Shown here piece after piece: positions 46,346-55,705 of a stretch of DNA of 64,000 bases. Source of the DNA: Nitrospirota bacterium (GTDB taxonomy: Bacteria; Nitrospirota; Thermodesulfovibrionia; Thermodesulfovibrionales; JdFR-86); NCBI GenBank assembly GCA_963721805.1, contig CAVRJY010000001.1, positions 864,001 through 928,000 of the forward strand, read 5' to 3'. A model generated the notes under the pieces. The model did no database searches. It saw nothing but the letters and a program-made list of their open reading frames with translations, and was not told the origin of the DNA. The position numbers and the translations under genes were made by a program. Numbering within the stretch: the first letter of the stretch is position 1; each line of letters opens with the position of its first letter.

Positions 46346-47335
46346 TCAAGGGTTTATGAGCCTCGAAAACGGCCCTTTGGAAGCGAGATAGACCTTGCAC
46401 CGGGAACACGCAACCCCGGGATCAGGCCGGGCCTTTCCGAGCACCATTGCCTTTGCATAGCGGTATTTTTTTGAGCGGAGACAGGCGCTGAGCCCTTCCG
46501 AAAACACGTTACCGAAGTCTGAGTATATGTTCTCGCAGCAGCCCAGGAGTTTTCCGTCCCAGTTTATCTGGGGCGCGAACCATAGCTGCAGGCAAGGCCT
46601 CGCGGACATCAATCCGCTTTCGCGCTGGTAATTATAGCGTGCGATGTATTTCTGCCCGGCGCCTTTTCCGAGGGAAGCTGTTTCAACGACCGGGGAGTAA
46701 GAGGGCGCATGGTTAAGTTTAGCGTAGAACTCCATCCCTAGCTCTGTTGCCATGGCCCTGGCGGCCTCGAGTTCGTGGGCATTGTGGCCGAATACCACGA
46801 ACTGCCATCGGATACGCGGCAAGCCGCTCCGGTACTGCTCCTTATATTTGTTGATCAGTCTTACATTAGAGAGGACCCGCTGGAGGTCGCCGCCGACGCG
46901 GTACTTGCCGTACGTCTCTTGGGTGGCGCCGTCAATCGAGACCGAGAGCTTCTGTAAGCGATGCCTCACGATCGCCTCGGCCTTTTCCTCGTCGAGCGTA
47001 TTGAGGTTGCTGCCGTTTCTGCACATCAGCGAGACACCATGCTCCGCCCCGATGCGAAGGATTTCGGAGATCTGCGGGTTAAGGAATATCTCGCCCCAGT
47101 TTGAAAGCTCGACGGACTTCACTCGCGGGTTGTTGCTGAGGAAGGAGCCGAAGTCCTCCGGACTCAGAAACCCGCTGCCGACCACTGCCTTGCGGTTTTC
47201 TCCGCTGGCGGTAGGGCAGATCGGGCATTTAAGCTGACATATGCTCGATGCATCGATGCGCACCTTCTCCGGTCCTACAAAATCAGCAAGATACGCCTTA
47301 GCCCTGAACTTGAGATATCTGACCAGCAAGCTCAT
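46346..47335 (-). CDS. Radical SAM protein with SPASM/Twitch-like extension
   Basis: CQLKCPIC, NWGEIFLNP, VSIDGATQETY..YRVGG, PC...INWDGKLLGCC...FGNV...CSRC. Confidence 0.88.
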   Translation of the reverse strand: MSLLVRYLKFRAKAYLADFVGPEKVRIDASSICQLKCPICPTASGENRKAVVGSGFLSPEDFGSFLSNNPRVKSVELSNWGEIFLNPQISEILRIGAEHGVSLMCRNGSNLNTLDEEKAEAIVRHRLQKLSVSIDGATQETYGKYRVGGDLQRVLSNVRLINKYKEQYRSGLPRIRWQFVVFGHNAHELEAARAMATELGMEFYAKLNHAPSYSPVVETASLGKGAGQKYIARYNYQRESGLMSARPCLQLWFAPQINWDGKLLGCCENIYSDFGNVFSEGLSACLRSKKYRYAKAMVLGKARPDPGVACSRCKVYLASKGPFSRLINP

Positions 47336-48174
47336 CCGCCTTGAGACTCCAGGCCTTTCCCGTAGCCGTAAAACGGATCAAGTTCCGAGACCGCGTCGTC
47401 GAGATACGACAGGTCCTCAGGCCCGAAGTGTTTAAGGTAGCCCTTGACTACGCCGGAGCGGACCTTGAAGGAATCGGGGTCCCCGGGGTTCCTGTGCTTC
47501 AGGACCTCGGATTTTATCTCGCCCTTCTTCTCCATGCGCTTCATGTTCTCGAAATCTGAAAATCGCACTGCCTCCAGCAAGGCCGCCTCGTCGGCGCGCC
47601 CGCTGCCTTCGATGAACTCCAGTATCCGCCTGAACTCCGATACCGTGTCGGTGCGCAGGGCCTCGTAATTTATCCATAGGCAGCGAGGGTGGGCGGCAAA
47701 CCGCATCCGCCAATTGTTGAGTATCGTGACTATCGGACGGATACCGCAGCGCTCATCCCTAATGAACTTGGAGATGGTGCCCAGATGCCTGGGGTCGACC
47801 TCGTTTTTGGTAACGTGAAAATAGCGTGAGACGACCATGTCACGCGGGTCGCGGCTGAGGATTATGAGTTTCTTCTCAAAGGCCACCTTATCCGGGATGA
47901 GATGCTTGCCCTTGAGGCGCTGGAAAAAAGTATCAAGGGCGATGTGGTGCCAGATCTCGTGGCTGAAAAATACAAACGGTATCGTCTCACCCGGTTTGAT
48001 TTTTTCGAATTTCATCGAGAATTCGATCCCATACTTGATGGAAAGATATTTATTGAGCAGCACCCTCAGCCATGTTCTGCCGCTGTTTGCAGCCGACAGT
48101 ACAAGCGTGTCAGCGCCATTAATCTTGCGTCTATTTGGATTGAAGACGAAAAACCGCATAGAGTATATTAACAA
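47332..48174 (-). CDS. PAPS-dependent sulfotransferase domain protein
   Basis: SAANSGRTWL (5'-PSB-like), RDPRDMVVS (3'-PB), YEAL, SDFENMK, FKVRSG. Confidence 0.8.
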   Translation of the reverse strand: MLIYSMRFFVFNPNRRKINGADTLVLSAANSGRTWLRVLLNKYLSIKYGIEFSMKFEKIKPGETIPFVFFSHEIWHHIALDTFFQRLKGKHLIPDKVAFEKKLIILSRDPRDMVVSRYFHVTKNEVDPRHLGTISKFIRDERCGIRPIVTILNNWRMRFAAHPRCLWINYEALRTDTVSEFRRILEFIEGSGRADEAALLEAVRFSDFENMKRMEKKGEIKSEVLKHRNPGDPDSFKVRSGVVKGYLKHFGPEDLSYLDDAVSELDPFYGYGKGLESQGG

Positions 48175-48282
48175 ATCCGCATCGTTCCTGTCAGATTAGG
48201 GCTTAGCTCTGTCCCGTTATCAAACACCCCCTGACTTGGACATGATAAACTAGTTGATCTGCGGCTTTGGAGGGTAGGGGGA

Positions 48283-49137
48283 ATGACGGTAGAGCAACCG
48301 CGTAATGCATCGGGGACCGCCTGCGGCGGCATTGGGATCATGAAGCCGCTGGACGTCCTGAAGCAGCATATAAGGCTGGCCCTGACGCGACGAAGCCTCA
48401 GAGTGTTGCTGGATCAATACCGTCGTGCCCCCGGGACGTCCGGCAGATCGCTCCCCGACGGCGGTGCGGCGGCTATCGGCGGGCTCACGCCTCCAGAGAG
48501 GACCGGACTCGCTATCACGACATATAACCGTCCTGAATACCTGAGCCAATTTATAAGCTCGCTTCTGGAGACGGACCACCGTTTACTCGGGCATGTCTGC
48601 GTCATAGACGACAACAGCGATATGGAGGAAACGCGCGGCTTGCTTGAAAGGTTTAAGGCCCTGGATGTAAACCACGTCAGCGTCTTTAAAACTGCGAGGA
48701 ATGTCCGCAATCATGTGACATTGCCCCTGGCCCTGGATTATCTGCTTTCACAGGGGTGTTCGACTTTGATCAATGTCGATGCCGATTGCATCTTCAAACC
48801 CAATTGGCTCTCCGTGCTGCTGGAGCTCCATAAGCAGTTCCCCAATGATATCGTCACAGGGTTTAACTCTCCTAAACACCCTGCCGCCTCGACATCCGCG
48901 GCACACTATATTAAAAACACCATCGGAGGGGTGAACCTCGTCTTCGGTGCCCTCACCTACGCCGAGGCAGTACGTGGATCGTTTGCCTCGAAATCCCGCT
49001 GGGACTGGGAGATGTGCGCACGCGCTAAGTCAAGTCACAGGCTGCTTGTAGCCTCTCGGCCCTCCGTGGTGCAGCACATAGGCATCGAGTCCAGCCTTCG
49101 GCATAAATATGCTGACAGGGCGGAGGATTTCGAGTAA
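48283..49137 (+). CDS. Glycosyltransferase family 2 (GT-A)
   Basis: ITTYNRPEYL, VIDDNSD, NVDAD (DxD), WDW, VVQHIG. Confidence 0.8.
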   Translation: MTVEQPRNASGTACGGIGIMKPLDVLKQHIRLALTRRSLRVLLDQYRRAPGTSGRSLPDGGAAAIGGLTPPERTGLAITTYNRPEYLSQFISSLLETDHRLLGHVCVIDDNSDMEETRGLLERFKALDVNHVSVFKTARNVRNHVTLPLALDYLLSQGCSTLINVDADCIFKPNWLSVLLELHKQFPNDIVTGFNSPKHPAASTSAAHYIKNTIGGVNLVFGALTYAEAVRGSFASKSRWDWEMCARAKSSHRLLVASRPSVVQHIGIESSLRHKYADRAEDFE

Positions 49138-49244
49138 CCGTTAAGCCGCGCATGCTTTCATTTGCGCTCTTGCGCTGGACCGTCTGGGGCCGCAAGAGCA
49201 GCATTGCACCTTGGTATCCATTTTATTGTTAATATATTCGATAT

Positions 49245-51203
49245 ATGTTTATGTCAAATTTTTCGAGACATGCAGAGGCCCGCTCCCCAGCCATTAGGCC
49301 ATACAGAGTTATGCACGTGATCCATTCTTTAGGCACCGGAGGCAGCCAGGTGCATGTCCGCGACGTCATAAGGCACCTTGACCGTTTTGCACTTACGCCT
49401 ATAGTCTGCTCGCTTTCGGATATCGGCCCCGTAGGCCGCGAACTCCAGGCCGAAGGGATAGAGGTCATAGCGCTCGGCATGCAGGGGCGTGGCGGCTGGG
49501 CCATAGTGCGGGAGCTTTCAAGGGCTATCCGCGAGCGCGGAATCGACATAGTCCATACGCACACGTACAGGTCAAACCTGTACGGCAGGCTTGCCGCCAT
49601 CCTGGCCCGCACCCCATGCATAGTCGCCTCGGTGCATAACCAGTATAAGCCCAGTGCCCGAAAGCCGATGCGGAGGCTCATTAACCACCTGCTTGCAAAA
49701 TATACGAATGCCATTGTGGCGGTCTCCGAGCCGGTGAAGGCGGACATCGTAAGCTGCGACCGTATCCGGCCCTCAAAGACCGTAGTCATACCAAACGGCA
49801 TCGACGCCGAGGCCCTTGCAAAAGGTGACCGCGCCTCTGCAAGGCTGTCGCTCGGCATACCCGAGGACAGCCAGGTTATCGGTGCGGTCGGAAGACTTGT
49901 GGAGCAGAAGGGTTTTCGTTATTTGATCGAGGCATTCGCTGAGATTAAGGCGAACCTGCCAAACTCAGTGCTCCTGATAGTCGGCGACGGCAGCCACGAT
50001 GCGCAGCTCAAGGAACTGGCCGCGCGGCTCGGCGTTCGAGACAGCGTCACATTCGCCGGGATGCGCCGAGACATCCCGGACATGCTCGCCGCGATGGACG
50101 TATACGCAATGCCATCACTCTACGAGGGGTTTGGCATTTCGCTTGTCGAGGCTATGGCAGCTGGCAAGCCGGTAGTTGCGACGACGATCCCGCCCTTCAT
50201 GAAAATACTGAGCCATGGCGAGACCGCGCTGCTCGTGCCGCCTAAAGACCCTGGCGCCCTTGCTTCCGCGATAAGCCGCCTGTTGACCGACAGGCCCCTT
50301 GCGCTGCGTCTGGGCCAGGAGGCGCGTGAGACGGCCGCAAGCAGATACGACATAGAAGACGTCTCGGCCCGTTTAAGGCTGCTTTACATGACATGCCTAA
50401 AGAGTGCGCACCTCATCGGAAGCGTGGGCCCGGCCTCCTGCGAGGGCAAATACGGCAATACGATAAACGTTATATCTCCGCACCATGACGACGCGTGTTT
50501 TTCACTCGGCATAGCCCTGAGCCGGTTCCTGAGGGAAGGTTACAAGGTCAACGTCATTAACTGTTACACTGTTTCGAGTTATACGGTAGGGCGCAAAAAC
50601 AATGACGCCAGCATCGTAAGCGCGATACGCAAGGAAGAGGACTCAGCCTTTATATCAAAGCTCGGTCCCGGGGCATCGGCCACTGACCTCGGCTTTAGCG
50701 ATTCGTTAAACAGGGGGCAGGCGTTTAAGTACAGTACCCGTCCCATCGGCCAGGCCGATAGCGAAGAGTTGCGCCAGGTCGCTGCGGCTTTGAGCGTGGC
50801 GCTCAAACCCGGGCCGATCCTGATCCCCCTATCCGTCGGCCACCATCCGAACCATCGAATAGCGCACATGGCCGGGATTCAGTCGCGCGATGGAAACGAA
50901 TTCATAGGTTTTTACGAGGACCTGCCTTATAGCGCAAACCTCACCGAGGCCCAGGTCATAGACTACGTCCGGGATGCGGAGACCGCCCTCGGCCGCACCC
51001 TCTCGCCTCTTGTGATCTCATCTGACGGCGGCGCGCGTTTGAAGGCGAGGTTGGCAGGGAGTTACGTCTCCCAGCTCGGAGAGAAAACGGTCCGGAAATT
51101 GGCCAGGAGGGCAAAGAGGTTTAACGACGGCGAACGTCTGTGGCTCTCTGAGCCACTCAGAAGCCTGCTTGCTGGATGCCTGACTAGCAGCCCTTCGAAG
51201 TAG
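49245..51203 (+). CDS. Fusion: GT4 glycosyltransferase + PIG-L/LmbE deacetylase-like domain
   Basis: [38 protein letters not shown]; then [33 protein letters not shown]. Confidence 0.85.
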   Translation: MFMSNFSRHAEARSPAIRPYRVMHVIHSLGTGGSQVHVRDVIRHLDRFALTPIVCSLSDIGPVGRELQAEGIEVIALGMQGRGGWAIVRELSRAIRERGIDIVHTHTYRSNLYGRLAAILARTPCIVASVHNQYKPSARKPMRRLINHLLAKYTNAIVAVSEPVKADIVSCDRIRPSKTVVIPNGIDAEALAKGDRASARLSLGIPEDSQVIGAVGRLVEQKGFRYLIEAFAEIKANLPNSVLLIVGDGSHDAQLKELAARLGVRDSVTFAGMRRDIPDMLAAMDVYAMPSLYEGFGISLVEAMAAGKPVVATTIPPFMKILSHGETALLVPPKDPGALASAISRLLTDRPLALRLGQEARETAASRYDIEDVSARLRLLYMTCLKSAHLIGSVGPASCEGKYGNTINVISPHHDDACFSLGIALSRFLREGYKVNVINCYTVSSYTVGRKNNDASIVSAIRKEEDSAFISKLGPGASATDLGFSDSLNRGQAFKYSTRPIGQADSEELRQVAAALSVALKPGPILIPLSVGHHPNHRIAHMAGIQSRDGNEFIGFYEDLPYSANLTEAQVIDYVRDAETALGRTLSPLVISSDGGARLKARLAGSYVSQLGEKTVRKLARRAKRFNDGERLWLSEPLRSLLAGCLTSSPSK

Positions 51204-51239
51204 ATTTATTGCCGCATACCGGTGAGGACCGGATTCACC

Positions 51240-51562
51240 CGGAGCTATGCCGCTATCTCGGTGAGCGACACCGGCACGGGTTTGGACGAGGAGACGATGC
51301 GCAAGATATTCGAGCCTTTCTTTACAACCAAGGGGCGAAGCGCACCGGCCTCGGCCTCGCTATAGCATATGGGGTGCTCAAGCAGCACGGGGGCCACATC
51401 TGCGCCTCCAGCGAACCGGGAAAAGGAACCACCTTCAACCTCTATCTGCCGTTTGCCGATGCGTCTGCCGCTGCAAATATCCGCAAACCAGCCTCGCCGG
51501 AAGCGCTCATCTCGAAGATAAGCGCTATTTTGCAAGGCAGACAGCCGGTCCCGCCAGGTTAA
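51240..51562 (+). pseudogene. Remnant of a hybrid sensor histidine kinase (HATPase C-part joined to the last strand/helix of a receiver)
   Basis: [26 protein letters not shown] in one frame, [33 protein letters not shown] then [14 protein letters not shown] in another. Confidence 0.8.
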
Positions 51563-51664
51563 GAAATAACGCACGCGGGCTGGCGAGGGCGGCTTACTCC
51601 CCCGTCGTCCCGCGTGCGAGATCTTTTTGCGCCACCGGTTGCGGACCGGTACGTCATCCTCCGG

Positions 51665-52471
51665 TCAGGCAAATACGCTTGTGCCCGGAGCCGGGATGGA
51701 ATTTGCGGCAGTGGCGGTGACGCCGCCTGCCTGCGCGTACTGTTCGAGCGCCTTTGTCACCACGTTTGATACGCCGTTAGCCGAGAGACTTCCAGTGCCG
51801 TTTTTTAGGTCGTATGCCAGCTCCTCGGCGGTCGAGACTACGCCGTCCTGATTCGTATCCTTGACGTCGAACGTCGTGCTGCCGCTGCCCGAAGACGGAC
51901 TGCCTGAAGACGGGCTGCCGCTCGCTGCATCTATTGCGTCGAGCAGCGAACTGAGCGAGCCGCTGCCTCCTGCGCTCCTCGCCGTCGCTCCCTGCGTCTG
52001 CTGCCCGCCGCCGTGATGGTGGTGGTGGCCGTGAGCCTTTTGCATGCCGCTTGCAAGCTCACTCTCGCTGACGCTGCCGTCGCCGTTGGTGTCAAGGGCG
52101 CTGAACAGCTTCGAGACGTCACCTGTTGCGCTGCCCGAGGCCCCTGCGGACAGGCCCGCGGCGAGCTCGTCCTGACTGAGGACGCCGTCGCCGTTAGTAT
52201 CGAGCTTCTTGAGCATCTCGCTCTGCATCTGCTGCTGGAGGTTCTTCAGCCCCGAGTCCAGCTCGCTCTGGCTGATCCCCCCGTCCTGATTACTGTCCAT
52301 GAGGGTTATTACGTCGTTTACGCTCGCGCCAAAGTCCGTTGCCAACTTGCTCTGGCCGAGTTCGTCCGTGCTGATGCTGCCGTCTCCGTTGGTGTCGAGC
52401 TTGTTGAACAGTTGAGTGAGCCACTGCGAACCGGCCCCGCCTACCGCTCCCATCGAAGATGAAACTGACAT
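51665..52471 (-). CDS. Multi-EF-hand calcium-binding protein with poly-His tract
   Basis: Five loops: DTNGDGSISTDE, DSNQDGGISQSE, DTNGDGVLSQDE, DTNGDGSVSESE, DTNQDGVVSTAE; HGHHHHH; AAGGAGG RBS before ATG 52471. Confidence 0.85.
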   Translation of the reverse strand: MSVSSSMGAVGGAGSQWLTQLFNKLDTNGDGSISTDELGQSKLATDFGASVNDVITLMDSNQDGGISQSELDSGLKNLQQQMQSEMLKKLDTNGDGVLSQDELAAGLSAGASGSATGDVSKLFSALDTNGDGSVSESELASGMQKAHGHHHHHGGGQQTQGATARSAGGSGSLSSLLDAIDAASGSPSSGSPSSGSGSTTFDVKDTNQDGVVSTAEELAYDLKNGTGSLSANGVSNVVTKALEQYAQAGGVTATAANSIPAPGTSVFA

Positions 52472-52836
52472 CTGCGACCTCCTTTCCAAAACTTTTCCCC
52501 CCGGAGCTTGATGCTCCTATCTCACATATCGGCAGGGAAATAGCTTTGCGCGGCTATTTCCGGGCCTTTCACGGATTTCCTTATTTCTTCCATAATTAAG
52601 CTAACTTATTGAATTGTTGTGAAAATTTAAGGCACGTGACTCGTGCTGCGTCCGGGTGCGCCCTCGGGACGCCGCGTCAGAGGATACGTCGCACGGAATT
52701 AGGCAATTGCTTCACTGATGACATAGAAACAATGCGAGGTATTATCCGAACTCAACGCTGTGCTGCGGAGGGGGCGGGGCGGACGGCAGCGAAGGGAGAG
52801 TGCGTATCGCCGTCCGCCCCGTGAGAGACGCCTTGA

Positions 52837-53367
52837 TTACTCTTCGGTCTGTCCGATGCGTGCCGGGCGGGACGCCACGCCACGCATCTTGCACTCTCTA
52901 TGGTCCATTTGAGTTTTCCTGAGCATCTCCTTGAGTTTCTTTCTCTGCTCCGGCGTCAGCTTCGCCTTGGCTTCCTGGACCGCCTTGATGAATGTGAGCT
53001 TTATGTCAGTCTTCAGGGATTCGACCTGTTTCAGTTTTGCCTCGACCGCGCCCATGTCGACCTGATCTTTGCTCAGGAGTTCTCTGAGCTCTATCGAGGC
53101 GATGCGCTCATCGGCTTTTTTCCTGATCAGATCCTTTATCGTCCCGAACGCGATCTCGCCTATCTCGGCCCTCTGTTTCTGGTTAAGGTCGAGGGCCATG
53201 ATTTCCCTTAGCATGCGATGCCCTTCATCTCGCATCGGCCTGTCATCGTTCATCCAGGGCGCGCTGTGCCTCATGCCCCCTTCGTCTGCGGAGGCGGTCT
53301 GGGCGAACCATGCCCCGGTGGCCAGCATTGCGGCCAGAAGCAGGCCGATAGTCAGATTTTTCTTCAT
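52837..53367 (-). CDS. Periplasmic Spy/CpxP-family (heavy-metal sensor-like) protein
   Basis: Signal peptide ending ASA, LDLNQKQ and LTPEQ LTxxQ motifs; divergent from a two-component pair. Confidence 0.8.
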   Translation of the reverse strand: MKKNLTIGLLLAAMLATGAWFAQTASADEGGMRHSAPWMNDDRPMRDEGHRMLREIMALDLNQKQRAEIGEIAFGTIKDLIRKKADERIASIELRELLSKDQVDMGAVEAKLKQVESLKTDIKLTFIKAVQEAKAKLTPEQRKKLKEMLRKTQMDHRECKMRGVASRPARIGQTEE

Positions 53368-53531
53368 CGTTTTCTCCTTTTTACTTTTTCTTCCGGCTGT
53401 CGTGCGGGCAGCCGTTTGCTGTAAATTAATGTTAACAACCGAATATGGCGGAAATATGGAAGAAATGAGGAATTTCAAAAATAGCGCAAATGCTTATGGA
53501 TTTCCCTTGGAAATGAGAGATAAAATGAAGG

Positions 53532-54953
53532 ATGAAGGTTAGCATTACATACAGGCTGTTTCTCTCGATTCTCGCCGCGACCTGTCTGGCGCTGCTGTGC
53601 ATGTTCCTCATTATGCAGCAGAGTATCAGCCAGGGGTTTTTCCAGTATCTCAATTCAATGGAGCAGGGCAGGCTGGTGCAGTTGGCCGGTATCCTTGAGC
53701 AGGAGTACGCAGCCGACGGGGGCTGGGATGCCCTGCGGGAGAACCGCAGACACTTTCACCTCATGGTAGAGAGGGCCAGGGACGCCGCCGCTGCGCAACG
53801 GGCTCAGGAACTCAGCGAGGGAACCGGCGCACCTGCACTTCAGCCCCCTGCGCCTCGCTCGCCAAGGCTGCCCTTTGTCGTCATTGACGCGGACCGCAAC
53901 GTTGTAGTTGGCACCCCGGGGGATGCCAAGGAGTCGAATTTCATCCCCATTGTCCATGACGGCAACACAGTCGGCTACGTAGGGCTCATGTCGCCATTGC
54001 ATTTCCTTACCCCTTCGCAGTTTAAATTCCTGACAAAGCAGAGGTCAGCCATGGTGCTTGCCGCATTAGGGATGGTCATGGTGGTCATCATATTTTCCAT
54101 CCCGCTGGCAAAACGCATGGTCCGGCCGATAAGGGCAATGGCAGCCGCAACCAATGAGTTAGCCTCGGGCAATTATGCCGTACGGATTCCAGTATCCTCG
54201 ACCGACGAACTCGGCCAGCTTGCCCGGGACTTCAACGAGCTGGCCCTGACGCTCGAGAAAAACGAAAAAGAACGCCGCCAATGGGTAGCCGACATTTCCC
54301 ATGAACTCAGGACCCCTGTGGCCGTGCTGCGGGGCGAGATCGAGGCGCTCCTGGACGGAATCCGCAGCGTGACCCCGGAGACGATGCGCTCTCTTCACGC
54401 CGAGGTCCTGCAGCTAAACCGCCTGATCGAAGACCTCTACCAGCTTTCGCAGTCCGATATCGGCACATTGAGCTACCGCAAGGAGCAGCTCGATCTTGCG
54501 GAGGCCGTCAGGGATTCCGCGGAATCCTATGGCGCCGAGTTCGGCCGCAGGGGGATCAAGCTCACCTCAGAGCTGCCCGATAAGGGAGGGATCACTGTGC
54601 TCGCCGACGGCGACCGGCTGGATCAGCTGTTAGCGAACCTGTTTGAGAATTCCCTGAAATATACCGATAAGGGCGGGGAGCTCGTCGTCCGTCTGGCATG
54701 CCGGGAAGGGCGGGCTGTCATAGATTTTGAGGACTCCGCGCCCGGGGTCCCCAAAGAGGACCTGGCCAGGCTCTTTGACAGGTTCTATCGCGTGGATGCA
54801 TCCCGAAGCAGGTCATCTGGCGGGGCCGGCCTCGGCCTTGCGATCTGCAGGAATATCGTCGAGGCGCACGCCGGTGCTATCGAGGCTCTCCCCTCGTCCC
54901 TGGGCGGCGTGCTGATCAGGGTAACCATGCCGGTTACGGGTGAATGCGCGTGA
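53532..54953 (+). CDS. BaeS-like HAMP sensor histidine kinase
   Basis: Two TM segments, HAMP (DELGQLARDFN), ADISHELRTP, NLFENSLKYT, GGAGLGLAIC. Confidence 0.9.
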   Translation: MKVSITYRLFLSILAATCLALLCMFLIMQQSISQGFFQYLNSMEQGRLVQLAGILEQEYAADGGWDALRENRRHFHLMVERARDAAAAQRAQELSEGTGAPALQPPAPRSPRLPFVVIDADRNVVVGTPGDAKESNFIPIVHDGNTVGYVGLMSPLHFLTPSQFKFLTKQRSAMVLAALGMVMVVIIFSIPLAKRMVRPIRAMAAATNELASGNYAVRIPVSSTDELGQLARDFNELALTLEKNEKERRQWVADISHELRTPVAVLRGEIEALLDGIRSVTPETMRSLHAEVLQLNRLIEDLYQLSQSDIGTLSYRKEQLDLAEAVRDSAESYGAEFGRRGIKLTSELPDKGGITVLADGDRLDQLLANLFENSLKYTDKGGELVVRLACREGRAVIDFEDSAPGVPKEDLARLFDRFYRVDASRSRSSGGAGLGLAICRNIVEAHAGAIEALPSSLGGVLIRVTMPVTGECA

Positions 54954-55630
54954 GCGCAGCAGATAAGCTCCTGATAGTCGAGGACGAGCCCAAGCTGGCG
55001 AGCCTGCTCTCGGATTACCTTGAGGCCGCCGGTTTCGAGCCCTATTGCCTCGCAAACGGCGCGGAGGTCGTGCCGTGGTTCCGTGAGCATGGGGCCGACC
55101 TCATACTCCTGGACCTGATGCTTCCGGGACGCGGCGGCATGGACATATGCAAGGAGATAAGGACATTCTCCCGCGTGCCGATAATCATGGTGACGGCGCG
55201 GATCGAAGAGATCGACCGGCTGCTGGGGCTCGAACTCGGGGCTGACGACTACATCTGCAAGCCCTATAGCCCGCGCGAGGTGGTCGCTCGCGTAAAGGCC
55301 GTACTCCGGCGCGCGGCCGACGGCAAGACCCTGCAGGCCCAGGGGCTGGTGCTCGACGCTCACCGCTATAAGGCGACGCTTGACGAGCATGACCTTGACC
55401 TCACGGCCGTGGAGTTCAAGCTATTGCAGTTTCTGGCTTCCAATCCCGGGCGCATCTATAGCCGTGCGCAGCTCATGGACGTGATCTATCCCGACGAGCG
55501 GATAGTCAGCGACCGCACTATCGACAGCCACATAAAAAAGCTGCGGCGAAAGATCGAGGCAATCGACGCTGAAGCAAAGCTCATCCGTTCGATCTACGGC
55601 GTCGGTTACAAGTTCGAGCGCGAGCCGTAA
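54944..55630 (+). CDS. BaeR-like OmpR-family response regulator
   Basis: VEDE, LDLMLPG, GADDYICKP, LTAVEF, RTIDSHIKKLR, IYGVGY. Confidence 0.92.
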   Translation: MRVSAADKLLIVEDEPKLASLLSDYLEAAGFEPYCLANGAEVVPWFREHGADLILLDLMLPGRGGMDICKEIRTFSRVPIIMVTARIEEIDRLLGLELGADDYICKPYSPREVVARVKAVLRRAADGKTLQAQGLVLDAHRYKATLDEHDLDLTAVEFKLLQFLASNPGRIYSRAQLMDVIYPDERIVSDRTIDSHIKKLRRKIEAIDAEAKLIRSIYGVGYKFEREP

Positions 55631-55705
55631 AGAGGATGCTGCATCGGACTCGCCGGAGCCGGGCACGCTTGCAGGCCCGGCCTCTAAACGGGATATGGAC
55701 TGGCG

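Noticed and set aside
45241..48174. RiPP cluster around the radical SAM/SPASM gene
   Set aside because: No precursor peptide, RRE domain, peptidase or exporter is visible; the neighbours are glycan enzymes.
52609..52824. 71-aa plus-strand ORF between the EF-hand and spy-like genes
   Set aside because: TTG start without an RBS, no motif, and it ends in a hairpin; kept only as a possible small transcript.
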